DNA of 64,000 bases from an uncultured Lachnospiraceae bacterium (GTDB taxonomy: Bacteria > Bacillota > Clostridia > Lachnospirales > Lachnospiraceae): positions 340-64,339 of the forward strand of contig OMTX01000138.1 of assembly GCA_900314085.1 (NCBI GenBank). Direction: 5' to 3'. Position 1 is the first letter of the stretch; the number at the start of each line of letters is the position of its first letter. This document shows, piece by piece, positions 36,022 through 44,857 of the stretch. A program made the position numbers and the translations under genes. The notes under the pieces were generated by a model, which was not told where the DNA came from, did not search any database, and worked only from the letters and a program-made list of their open reading frames with translations.

Positions 36022-37404
36022 TTACTTATTTTCAAAATACTGCATGATGCCCTTTGCCGCAGCCTTTCCGGCGCCCATGGCAAGGATTACCGTGGCGGCT
36101 CCGGTGACAGCGTCGCCGCCGGCATAGACGCCCTCGCGGGTGGTCTTTCCAAATTCGTCCTCGGATACGATACAGCCCCGCTTGTTGGTCTCGAGCCCCT
36201 TCGTCGTCGAAGAGATGAGCGGGTTGGGCGAAGTGCCGAGCGCCATGATGACGGTGTCGCAGGGGATCTCGTACTCGGAGCCGGGTACCTCGACAGGACG
36301 GCGGCGGCCGGATTCATCGGGCTCGCCAAGCTCCATTTTGATGACGCGGATGCCTCTGACATCCCCGTTCTCATCCGTCAGGATTTCCGTCGGATTCTGC
36401 AGGAGGTCAAAGATGATGCCCTCTTCCTCCGCATGGTGCACCTCCTCGGCTCTGGCCGGAAGCTCTGCCATGGACCGGCGGTAGACGATATGGACTTCTG
36501 CCCCGAGGCGGAGGGCCGTCCGGGCAGAATCCATAGCGACATTTCCGCCGCCGACCACAACGACCTTTTTCCCGTGGTGGATGGGGGTAGGCCCGTCCTT
36601 ATAGGCCTTCATGAGATTGTTTCTCGTCAGATATTCGTTCGCAGAAAAGACGCCGTTGGCCTGCTCACCGGGAATTCCCATGAAACGGGGAAGGCCGGCG
36701 CCGGAGCCGATGAAGACTGCCTCAAAGCCGCGGCTTTGCATCAGGTCGTCAATGGTGACGGACTTTCCGACAACGACGTCGGTGTCGATCGTGACGCCCA
36801 GGTTTTTGACATTCTCCACTTCCTTGGCTACGACATCATCTTTCGGCAGACGGAATTCAGGAATGCCGTAGACAAGGACGCCGCCGGCCTTGTGCAGGGC
36901 CTCGAAAATCGTGACGTCATATCCTGCCTTGGCAAGATCCCCTGCGCAGGTCAGACCGGAAGGGCCGGCGCCGATGACCGCTACCTTGTGGCCGTTCTTT
37001 TTGCTTTCATTCTTCGGAGCGATACCGTTCTTCCGTGCCCAGTCAGCGACAAAGCGCTCGAGCTTTCCGATGGCAACGGCTTCTCCCTTGATTCCCCTGA
37101 CGCAGACACCTTCGCACTGGGTTTCCTGAGGGCAGACACGGCCGCAGACCGCGGGAAGGGCGGAAGACTCGGAGATGATTTCATAAGCCCTTTCAAAATT
37201 TCTTGCCTTCACTTCCTGAATGAAGGCGGGGATATTGATGGAGACAGGGCACCCGCCAACGCAGCGGGGTACTTTGCAGTTAAGACAGCGGGAGGCCTCT
37301 TCTACTGCTTCTTCCTCGGTATAACCGAGACACACCTCATCGAAATTTGTCGCGCGAACCTTGGGATCCTGCTCGGCAACCTTCGTTCTTACATTCATAT
37401 CCAT
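36022..37404 (-). CDS. nfnB: GltD-family NADPH oxidoreductase (NfnB-type large subunit)
   Basis: 460 aa. N-terminal Cys clusters (CLNCKVPRCVGGCPV; CGRVCPQETQCEGVC) and Rossmann motifs GAGPSGLTCA and VVGGGNVAMD. Overlaps the upstream PyrK-like subunit by 1 nt (TAATG). Confidence 0.85.
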   Translation of the reverse strand: MDMNVRTKVAEQDPKVRATNFDEVCLGYTEEEAVEEASRCLNCKVPRCVGGCPVSINIPAFIQEVKARNFERAYEIISESSALPAVCGRVCPQETQCEGVCVRGIKGEAVAIGKLERFVADWARKNGIAPKNESKKNGHKVAVIGAGPSGLTCAGDLAKAGYDVTIFEALHKAGGVLVYGIPEFRLPKDDVVAKEVENVKNLGVTIDTDVVVGKSVTIDDLMQSRGFEAVFIGSGAGLPRFMGIPGEQANGVFSANEYLTRNNLMKAYKDGPTPIHHGKKVVVVGGGNVAMDSARTALRLGAEVHIVYRRSMAELPARAEEVHHAEEEGIIFDLLQNPTEILTDENGDVRGIRVIKMELGEPDESGRRRPVEVPGSEYEIPCDTVIMALGTSPNPLISSTTKGLETNKRGCIVSEDEFGKTTREGVYAGGDAVTGAATVILAMGAGKAAAKGIMQYFENK

Positions 37405-38294
37405 TATTTGTCACCTCCGCAGTTTCCACAGCCGCCATGATGGGTGGCGCCTTCCTCAAGTTCCAGCTTTTTGCGCCCCTCCTCAGTCTTGTACTGGGCC
37501 GCCCGTTTCATGGCCAGGTCAAAGTCCACGAGATGGCCGTCAAACTCCGGTCCGTCAACGCAGGCGAACTTCACCTGATCACCGACGATCAGGCGGCAGG
37601 CCCCGCACATACCGGTGCCGTCCACCATGATGGGGTTCATGGAAACGATTGTGTGGATGCCCAGCTCCTTCGTCAGCTTGCAGACGAATTTCATCATGAT
37701 CATGGGACCGATGGCGACACAGTGGTCGTAGCGCTTGCCCTCGTCCCAAAGGACCTGCAGCTGGTTCGTTCCCATGCCGTGGAAACCGTAGGTGCCGTCG
37801 TCCGTCGTGACGTAGAGATTTTCCGCCACGGATTTCATCTCGTCCACATAGAAGAGAAGGTCCTTTGTCCGGGAGCCCATGATGACATCCGAAGGAATGC
37901 CATGTTCCTTCAGCCACTTGACCTGGGGATAGACAGGGGCAGTGCCGACGCCGCCGGCAATGAAGACGATGTGTTTTTTCTTCGTCTCTTCCAGGTTTTC
38001 CTCCCGGCAGAGTTCGGAGGGCTGCCCCAGGGGGCCTACCACATCCGTGAAGCAGTCGCCTTCGTTTAATTCCGCCATCAAAAGCGTCGATGCGCCGACC
38101 GTCTGAAAGACAATAACGACATTACCGGTTGCCCGGTCGTAGTCGCAGATGGTCAGGGGAATCCGCTCGCCGTCCTCACCGGACCGCACAATCAGGAACT
38201 GGCCGGGCAGGCAGCGCTCGGTGACATTCGGGGCGTGGACCTCCATCGCATAGATTCTGTCCGCGAGAAGCTCCTTCTTCAGAATCTCAAACAT
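37404..38294 (-). CDS. nfnA: PyrK-like FAD/[2Fe-2S] ferredoxin-NADP reductase subunit (NfnA-type small subunit)
   Basis: 296 aa from ATG 38294 (GGAGAAGG SD). Contains GGVGTAP and GTGMCGACRLIVGDQVKFACVDGP. Confidence 0.8.
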   Translation of the reverse strand: MFEILKKELLADRIYAMEVHAPNVTERCLPGQFLIVRSGEDGERIPLTICDYDRATGNVVIVFQTVGASTLLMAELNEGDCFTDVVGPLGQPSELCREENLEETKKKHIVFIAGGVGTAPVYPQVKWLKEHGIPSDVIMGSRTKDLLFYVDEMKSVAENLYVTTDDGTYGFHGMGTNQLQVLWDEGKRYDHCVAIGPMIMMKFVCKLTKELGIHTIVSMNPIMVDGTGMCGACRLIVGDQVKFACVDGPEFDGHLVDFDLAMKRAAQYKTEEGRKKLELEEGATHHGGCGNCGGDK

Positions 38295-38424
38295 TTTCCT
38301 TCTCCTCTTTCTTCTTTCCAATATGTGCCACAGGCAGCACGTATGCAGCGCCGCCCGGTGAAACCTGAAGATAAGGCCCTTCCTTTCCGGGGGAAAGCTC
38401 TCCGAAGCGGCCTCTTTTCAGGGA

Positions 38425-39393
38425 TCAGTTGAAATAGACGAGCTCGTCCGCCGGCTTCTCGGCGGGCCTGATCTCCACGGGATAAAGAACGGGACCTTTG
38501 CCCCGGTACTCGGTTGCAAACTCATTTTTGACCGTAGCCGTAAGGTCGATCCAGGACTTGTGGCCGATCTTCTCAGCATCCGCGAACTTACACTTCATGC
38601 CGAGAAACTGGATATCCTCGGCGCAGCAGGTCATGGCGAAGCGGCCGGGAACGAAGATGCCCTTCTTGAGCTTTCCCTTGCCGTCCGTCGGATTGTAGAC
38701 GAGGCCGAGGAAGTGGACCTTTTTCCCGTCGTACTTCTTCGGATGATCCATGCAATCCATGAACCAGAGGGCGTAGTCAGAGTCCGGAATATCGATGGTG
38801 TCCTTCGAAAGATCAAAGGGCAGCTCCTCCGGTGTATCGTCAACCGTCCCGTCCGTCCGGATGTAGGCAATCTGACAGGCGCGGTTTATGGACTTCACAT
38901 TTGCCCGGAACTTGGCCTTTTTCACGCCTTCCGGGCAGCGGTTGAAAATGACGACGTCAGCCTTGAAGAGCTGCTCGCTCATCATGGTCCGCATATTTTT
39001 CATGTACATCTCAAAGGTCGTCGCGTCAACGGTGCAGATGGACTGGACGATGACCCAGTCATTCGGGCCGTCCATCTCATAGACAGGACCGGTTTCCCAT
39101 GTGCCGTTGTACTCGATGAAAACGGCCTCGGGATGATATTTGTCGGAGAGCTCCTGCAGGCGCTCCTCGTTGAAGTCCTCTTCTTCGTCAATCGTGACCA
39201 GGGTTCCGCCGATCTGCTTTAAGGCGGCCTCGTCGTACTCCTCGTCGCCGTCCTCGCAGACAATGAGGAGGAAACGATTGATGTCATCCGCAAAACCGTT
39301 GTCAAAAAGGGTTTCCCGAATCATGGACGTCTTGCCCGAATCCATGAACCCGTAAAACATATAGACGGGAATTTCATTTGCTTCGTTTGCCAT
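38425..39393 (-). CDS. G3E-GTPase-like N-domain (degenerate P-loop) fused to a DUF1980/YcgQ-like CCxxD C-terminal domain
   Basis: 322 aa. GFMDSGKTS replaces the canonical GFLGAGKTT. The C-terminal VHFLGLVY...GRFAMTCCAEDIQFLG resembles the TIGR03943/DUF1980 C-terminal motif (from memory). Confidence 0.55.
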   Translation of the reverse strand: MANEANEIPVYMFYGFMDSGKTSMIRETLFDNGFADDINRFLLIVCEDGDEEYDEAALKQIGGTLVTIDEEEDFNEERLQELSDKYHPEAVFIEYNGTWETGPVYEMDGPNDWVIVQSICTVDATTFEMYMKNMRTMMSEQLFKADVVIFNRCPEGVKKAKFRANVKSINRACQIAYIRTDGTVDDTPEELPFDLSKDTIDIPDSDYALWFMDCMDHPKKYDGKKVHFLGLVYNPTDGKGKLKKGIFVPGRFAMTCCAEDIQFLGMKCKFADAEKIGHKSWIDLTATVKNEFATEYRGKGPVLYPVEIRPAEKPADELVYFN

Positions 39394-39416
39394 AGTATTT
39401 CATTTACCCACCATGC

Positions 39417-39430
39417 ATGACTAATGTAAA
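39417..39430 (-). promoter_or_regulatory. Instance 3 of recurrent motif TTTAYATTAGTCAT (23 nt before the ATG of the 322-aa gene)
   Basis: The coding strand reads cccggag-agcgttc-ctccggg (7-bp hairpin), then tttacattagtcat. Confidence 0.4.
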
Positions 39431-39544
39431 CCCGGAGGAACGCTCTCCGGGAAAGCACCGGCACGCATTAATAATGTCGTTTTGATACAAGAATACAGTC
39501 CACCGGAAAAACCGATGAACTGTACTGAAAAACTTTTGTTTCTA

Positions 39545-40648
39545 TCAGAGGCCATAGCCTTCTGCAATCGCCTTCTCATCGAGATGCTGCCCGATGACGA
39601 CCAGGCGGCCCGTATAGTCAGGAGCGCCTGTCCGGAGCTCATACTCTCCGTCGACGAGATCGTAGTATATCCATGTCCCGTCGGTAACAGGCACCATGCC
39701 CTTGGCCCGGATGACTTCGCCATACTTTGTACCTTCTGCGAACTCCTTCAGCATGGCCGCAATATTATTCTTCTCGAATACGTGCGGCGTCTCAATGCCC
39801 CAGGTATCGAAGATCTCGTCGGCATGATGGTGATGATGGTGGTGTTCGTGCTCATCCTCAGCGTGATCGTGGTGATGGTGCTCGTGCTCATCCTCATCGT
39901 GGTCGTGATGATGGTGCTCATGCTCTTCATTATGGTCATGATCGTGATGCTCGTGATCATGGTCATCGTGATCGTGGTGATGGTGCTCTGCCTCGTGCTC
40001 CTTCTCCTCTTCTTCGTGGTGAAGCTCGGACAGGGCCTTGGCTTCGAGATTGTCAGCGCCTTCAATGACGTCAGCAATCTTTGCCCCGTCGAGGTCATCC
40101 CAGGGAGTTGTGATGACATGGGCTTTCGGGTTCAGCTCCTGAATAGCCTTCGTTGCAAACTCAATCTCCGCAGGATCCGCGCTCTGGGTCCGGGACAGGA
40201 TGACCGTCGTCGCATGGGCGATCTGGTCGTTGAAGAACTCGCCGAAGGCCTTCATCTGCTTCCGGGCCTTCTTTGCGTTGACGATGGTTGCCATTCCGCA
40301 AAGCTCCATGTCGAGTTCCTTCTCGAGGCGGATGACGGAAGCCGCTACGTCGGAAAGCTTGCCCACGCCGGAGGGTTCGATCAGAATGCGCTCGGGAGAA
40401 AACTTCTCCATGACCTCGCGGAGATTCCTGTCGAAGTCCCCGACCAGGGTGCAGCAGATGCAGCCGGAATTCATCTCCGTGATCTGGATGCCGGAGTCCT
40501 TCAGAAAGCCGCCGTCAACGCCGACTTCCCCGAACTCGTTCTCAATGAGAACGACCTTCTGCCCCTTCCAGGCTTCCGCAATCAGCTTCTTGATGAGCGT
40601 CGTCTTGCCGGCGCCGAGAAAGCCCGAAAAAATATCTACCTTTGTCAA
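39545..40648 (-). CDS. COG0523-family (CobW/ZigA/YjiA-like) metallochaperone GTPase with a very long His-rich insert
   Basis: GFLGAGKTT (Walker A), GCICCT (CxCC metal motif), ENEFGE. TTG start at 40648 (AAGGAAG 7 nt upstream) is preferred; the longest ORF starts at 40666. Confidence 0.85.
   Translation of the reverse strand: MTKVDIFSGFLGAGKTTLIKKLIAEAWKGQKVVLIENEFGEVGVDGGFLKDSGIQITEMNSGCICCTLVGDFDRNLREVMEKFSPERILIEPSGVGKLSDVAASVIRLEKELDMELCGMATIVNAKKARKQMKAFGEFFNDQIAHATTVILSRTQSADPAEIEFATKAIQELNPKAHVITTPWDDLDGAKIADVIEGADNLEAKALSELHHEEEEKEHEAEHHHHDHDDHDHEHHDHDHNEEHEHHHHDHDEDEHEHHHHDHAEDEHEHHHHHHHADEIFDTWGIETPHVFEKNNIAAMLKEFAEGTKYGEVIRAKGMVPVTDGTWIYYDLVDGEYELRTGAPDYTGRLVVIGQHLDEKAIAEGYGL
39824..40021 (-). 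repeat. Low-complexity coding repeat encoding a His/Asp/Glu tract (~66 aa, about half His)
   Basis: HHEEEEKEHEAEHHHHDHDDHDHEHHDHDHNEEHEHHHHDHDEDEHEHHHHDHAEDEHEHHHHHHH. The DNA consists of reiterated catcgtgatcgtggtgatggtg-type units. Confidence 0.85.
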
Positions 40649-40801
40649 AATACCGCTTCCTTTCAAAGAAAATCAACAGGCCCGCCATGCTTCGCAGCTT
40701 TCGCGGTCCCCGTAAAAAGTGACCTATGCTAACTTAGGACAACCCAAGATAATGTGGTGTGATATCTGCAACATTCGGAGAAATAATTGTAACCTTTCCG
40801 A

Positions 40802-42574
40802 TTACATCTTTTCCGGCGCTGCAAATCCGAGGAGATCAATGGCTTTTTCCAGTACCCTCTGCGTCAGAAGGACGTCAGCGATATAACCCGCCTTTTTCTC
40901 TTCATCCGGGCAGGTCAGAATCTTCGTGTCGTGGTAAAAATGGTTGAAGTCGTTGCAGAGGGCGTAGATGTAGGCACAGAGAATATTGGGGGAAAGGTTC
41001 TCCCAGGCACTCCGTACTTCTGCCGAAAACAGGGCAATCCGCTCGAGCAGAGCCTTATCTGAAGCCCCGGAGGGAGCCTGGGGCTTGCAATTCGTAATAT
41101 CCCCTCCTGCCTCCGCAAACTTCCGCAGGATGGACTTCGTCCGGACAATCGTGTAGAGGATATAGGGACCGGTATCGCCTTCGGAGGAAATAAACTTGTT
41201 CAGGTCAAAAATATAATCCTTCGAGGGCTGGTTCTTCAGGTCTCCGTACTTCAGGGCTGCAAGGGAGACAGTCTTTGCAATTTCGTGAGCTTCACTGTCT
41301 TCCATATCCGCCGAGGACTCTTTGATCTTTGCATACATGGCGTCCTCGATATCCTGTATGAGGTACTCAAGGCGCATGACACCGCCCTCCCTGGTCTTTA
41401 GAGGCTTTCCGCCTTCACCGTTTACGGTGCCGAAGCCAAGGAAAGTGAGTTTCTTCTCAGCCGGAACGATTCCGGTCTTCTTCGCGCAGCGGAAGCACTG
41501 GATGAAGTGGAGCTCCTGGCGGGAATCGACGACGTAGAGGACCTCGTCCGGATCATAGTCTTTCATCCGCCAGATCAGGGTGGCAAGATCCGTCGTGTCG
41601 TAGAGGGCTGCCCCATCAGACTTCAGAATCATGCAGGGAGGAATGGTTTTCTTGTCCCCTTCCTCTTCAACGTCGACAACCAGGGCCCCGTTTGATTCAT
41701 GGGCATAGCCCTTTGCCTTCATGTCTTCGACCATGCCGGGAATATAGGGCTCGCAGTCGGACTCGCCCTTCCAGAGGTCAAAGTCCACATTGAGGCGGGC
41801 ATAGTTCTTTTTCAGGTCGGCAACGGAAATCTCCATGATCAGCCGCTGCAGCTCCCGGTAGCCCCGTTTTCCCTCCTGCATCTCCTTCGTAGCGGCCAGG
41901 GCCTTTTCATGAAAAGCCTCATCCGCCTTGGATTTCGCCGATGCTGCGGGATAGATGTCCTCCAGCTCGGAAATCGTGAAAGGCGCTTCTGCCGGATAGT
42001 CTCCGGTGAAAGAGTCATCAAAGTAGGGAAGATCCGGTTTTCGCTCACGGAGTTCCGTGATGATGAGTCCCATCTGCAGGCCGAAATCGCCGAGATGAAC
42101 ATCTGCCGTCACTTCATTTCCCTCGAAGCGGGCAAGGCGCTTCACGGCTTCGCCGATGACAGCGCTGCGGAGGTGGCCGACGTGCAGGGGCTTTGCCACA
42201 TTAGGTCCCCCGTAATCCATGAAAAGTTTTTCCGGATGAGCCGTTTTTTCCGCGCCAAGGCGGTCTTCATCGTCATACATTCCGGAAACATAGTCCCGGA
42301 TGAATTCGGGTGATGCCTTGAGATTTAAGAAGCCGGGCTTTGCGACCGTCACTTCGGAAAATGTGCCGGATTCCGAAAGGACCTGAGCCACTGCTTCCGC
42401 CGTCTCCACAGGGTTCTTATGAAATTTCTTTGCAGAAGCGAGAGCTCCGTTGCACTGGTACTCGCATAGCTCCGGGCGGTTCGAAAGGGAGACGGTCCCG
42501 TAAGATACATCCACACCGGCTTTTTCAAAGGCCTGTCCCACTTCTTCGGATAATATTGTCAGAAGTTCTTTCAT
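40802..42574 (-). CDS. argS: Arginine--tRNA ligase
   Basis: 590 aa. Contains KPLHVGHLRSAVIGEA, a class I core and a DALR-type anticodon-binding C-terminus. Confidence 0.95.
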   Translation of the reverse strand: MKELLTILSEEVGQAFEKAGVDVSYGTVSLSNRPELCEYQCNGALASAKKFHKNPVETAEAVAQVLSESGTFSEVTVAKPGFLNLKASPEFIRDYVSGMYDDEDRLGAEKTAHPEKLFMDYGGPNVAKPLHVGHLRSAVIGEAVKRLARFEGNEVTADVHLGDFGLQMGLIITELRERKPDLPYFDDSFTGDYPAEAPFTISELEDIYPAASAKSKADEAFHEKALAATKEMQEGKRGYRELQRLIMEISVADLKKNYARLNVDFDLWKGESDCEPYIPGMVEDMKAKGYAHESNGALVVDVEEEGDKKTIPPCMILKSDGAALYDTTDLATLIWRMKDYDPDEVLYVVDSRQELHFIQCFRCAKKTGIVPAEKKLTFLGFGTVNGEGGKPLKTREGGVMRLEYLIQDIEDAMYAKIKESSADMEDSEAHEIAKTVSLAALKYGDLKNQPSKDYIFDLNKFISSEGDTGPYILYTIVRTKSILRKFAEAGGDITNCKPQAPSGASDKALLERIALFSAEVRSAWENLSPNILCAYIYALCNDFNHFYHDTKILTCPDEEKKAGYIADVLLTQRVLEKAIDLLGFAAPEKM

Positions 42575-42644
42575 GAAACCCGCTTTCTAAAATCAGGCCG
42601 GCACCGATGAAAATGCCGGTCCGGAAAGATTATGAATAATATCT

Positions 42645-43181
42645 TTATGCCGCTTTTGTCGACTCCTGCGGCTTGTCCTCTACCGATGAAGGAAAAATCA
42701 CGTAGCGGTTTTTCCACAGGGCTTTCTTCAGAAGCAACCCGAGGAGTATGCAGCAGACAGCCTCGCCGATACCGACAGTCACCACCATGAACCACCAGGC
42801 GTCTCCTACCCCGTAGGCATAGCGCAGGACAAAGGGTACGATGACCATGTTCGAAAGTACCGGCGGCAGGGTGCAGACAACCTTCGTCTTTCGAAGAAGA
42901 TATGTCCCGACAGCGCCGATCAGTGTCGCAATGCTGCCGAAGAGGATGTCCCAGATGACGCCGCCGGCAATGATATTTGAAATGAGGCAGCCGACAAAAA
43001 GGCCGGGAATGGCGGCCGGCGTGAAGACCGGAAGGATCGTCAGGGCTTCGGAAATCCGAAACTGGATGACGCCGGATGAAAGTCCGAAGAGGGAAGATAC
43101 CACAGTCAAAACGACATAGAGGGCCGCAATAATGGCGCCTTCCGCTATGTAGCGGGCGCCGGACATCTTGTTCTTTTTCAT
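42645..43181 (-). CDS. queT: QueT-family queuosine-precursor transporter (ECF S-component type)
   Basis: 178 aa, about 5 TM helices. AIIAALYVVLTVV...IQFRISEALTILPVF...GCLISNI is typical of QueT (from memory). AAGGAG SD. Confidence 0.7.
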   Translation of the reverse strand: MKKNKMSGARYIAEGAIIAALYVVLTVVSSLFGLSSGVIQFRISEALTILPVFTPAAIPGLFVGCLISNIIAGGVIWDILFGSIATLIGAVGTYLLRKTKVVCTLPPVLSNMVIVPFVLRYAYGVGDAWWFMVVTVGIGEAVCCILLGLLLKKALWKNRYVIFPSSVEDKPQESTKAA

Positions 43182-43430
43182 TTGTTTTCTCCTTAGTTTT
43201 GATTCGGACCGGCAGATGAGCCTCCTATGCTCTCTATTTCTGCATGTGACAGCCCGCAGAAAATCTCAGCCGGTTCGGCGAGGATGGTTTCGAACTCGCC
43301 TTGGTTCATGAGTGACTATTTGTAAAAGCGGCCCAGGTCAAAGAACCGCTCCTACGCAAGAAAATGACAATTCAGCCCATGCAGTGAAGAGTCCTCAGGC
43401 ATTCGGGCACGGGCTTTGGAATAGCTTTCA

Positions 43431-44765
43431 TCAAAGATTCTTCTCGACGACCTTTACCATCCGGTCAACGTACTGGCGGCAGAGGTCATCCGTCTCCGCT
43501 TCCACCATGACGCGGACGACGGGTTCCGTTCCCGAAGCCCGGAGGAGAATGCGGCCGGATTCCCCGAGATCAGCGGTGATCCGGTCTTTCTCCGCAAGGA
43601 CATCTGCATTGTTTAAAACCTTGTCCTTGTCTGTGACCTTGACATTCTGAAGGAGCTGGGGATATTTCCGCATCCCGGAAGCCAGCTCTGACAGAGACTT
43701 CTTCTCCTCAAGAATGACCTCCATCAGCATAATGGCCGTCAGAATTCCGTCTCCGGTCGTCGCATGCTTGGAAAAAATAATGTGGCCGGACTGCTCGCCG
43801 CCGAGACAATAGCCCTTCTCCACCATGTCTTCATTCACGTACTTATCGCCCACCGTCGTGACGTCATATTCAATGCCGTTCCGCTCAAGAGCCTTGAAGA
43901 GGCCGAGATTTGACATGATCGTGACGACAACGTGATTCCCGGACAGGCGCCCGGTCTTTTTGAGGTAGCGGCCGCAGATATAGATGATAGCATCCCCGTC
44001 CACGACCTCGCCATTTTCATCGACGGCAATACAGCGATCCGCATCCCCGTCGAAGGCAAATCCGCAGTCCAGCTCCTTCTCCTTCACCTTGGCCTGCAGG
44101 GCCTCGATATGGGTGGAGCCCACGTTTTTATTGATATTGAGACCGTTCGGCTCGTTTCCGATGACATAGGTCTTGGCGCCGAGGGCATCAAAGACGCTCT
44201 TTGCAATATTGGACGTCGATCCGTTCGCGCAGTCGAGGCCGATCCGCTTGCCCTTGTAGGACCGGGTGGCCAGGGAAATCAGATAGCCGATATAGCGGTT
44301 CCGCCCGATGGCGTAGTCCGTGGCAACACCGATGTTTTCGCCTGTCGGGAAAGGCAGTTCCTCCGTCTTTCCGTCGAGGTAGTCCTCGATACCGGAGAGA
44401 ACGCCGTCGCCCATCTTGTGCCCGTTTCCGTCGACCAGCTTGATGCCGTTGTCGAAGTAGGGGTTGTGGGAAGCCGAAATCATGACGCCGCAGTCAAAGT
44501 CCTCTGTCCGCACGACGTAGGCTACGGACGGAGTTGTCGTGACGTGCAGGAGGTAGGCATCAGAGCCGGATGCGATGATGCCGGCAACGATGGCATATTC
44601 AAACATGTAGGAGGACCGCCGCGTATCCTTGCCGATGACGATACGGCCCTTGTGATCGCGATTGTAGTACCATCCGATATAGCGGCCGATTTTGTAGGCG
44701 TGGTCCGCCGTCAGAACCTTTCCGGCCTCCCCGCGGAAGCCGTCCGTACCGAAGTATTTCATCAT
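43431..44765 (-). CDS. glmM: Phosphoglucosamine mutase
   Basis: 444 aa. MKYFGTDGFRG, phosphoserine loop ISASHNPYFDNGIK, metal loop FDGDADR. Confidence 0.95.
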   Translation of the reverse strand: MMKYFGTDGFRGEAGKVLTADHAYKIGRYIGWYYNRDHKGRIVIGKDTRRSSYMFEYAIVAGIIASGSDAYLLHVTTTPSVAYVVRTEDFDCGVMISASHNPYFDNGIKLVDGNGHKMGDGVLSGIEDYLDGKTEELPFPTGENIGVATDYAIGRNRYIGYLISLATRSYKGKRIGLDCANGSTSNIAKSVFDALGAKTYVIGNEPNGLNINKNVGSTHIEALQAKVKEKELDCGFAFDGDADRCIAVDENGEVVDGDAIIYICGRYLKKTGRLSGNHVVVTIMSNLGLFKALERNGIEYDVTTVGDKYVNEDMVEKGYCLGGEQSGHIIFSKHATTGDGILTAIMLMEVILEEKKSLSELASGMRKYPQLLQNVKVTDKDKVLNNADVLAEKDRITADLGESGRILLRASGTEPVVRVMVEAETDDLCRQYVDRMVKVVEKNL

Positions 44766-44776
44766 GCTGTCTTTCT

Positions 44777-44790
44777 ATGACTAATGTAAA
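44777..44790 (-). promoter_or_regulatory. Instance 4 of recurrent motif TTTAYATTAGTCAT (11 nt before the glmM ATG)
   Basis: The coding strand reads gggttttacattagtcat, then agaaagacagcATG. Confidence 0.4.
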
Positions 44791-44857
44791 ACCCGTTACC
44801 TGCCAAAAAGCCCTCTTTATGCGGATGCTCCGGACAGGCAGAATCTCTCTCCTCCGG

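Noticed and set aside
35389-37440. 683-aa plus-strand ORF, the longest plus-strand ORF in this area
   Set aside because: Two thirds of it is antisense to the well-supported nfnB gene, a typical open-antisense-frame artefact in GC-rich DNA. The translation is Arg/Gly/Ala-rich nonsense, there is no SD, and the 5' part runs through the palindrome.
39824-40021. Reiterated short DNA units (and the 14-bp array at 49116-49176) as possible CRISPR arrays
   Set aside because: The first is in-frame coding low complexity (a His tract). The second has no spacers, since the units abut. No cas genes are in the window.
43272-43300. tRNA T-arm-like string (minus strand GGCGAGTTCGAAACCATCCTCGCCGAACC), a possible tRNA fragment or integrase att remnant
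   Set aside because: The putative T-stem halves do not pair and there is no acceptor-stem partner or CCA context. The segment folds better as a simple 6-bp hairpin (ggcgag/ctcgcc). No integrase is nearby.
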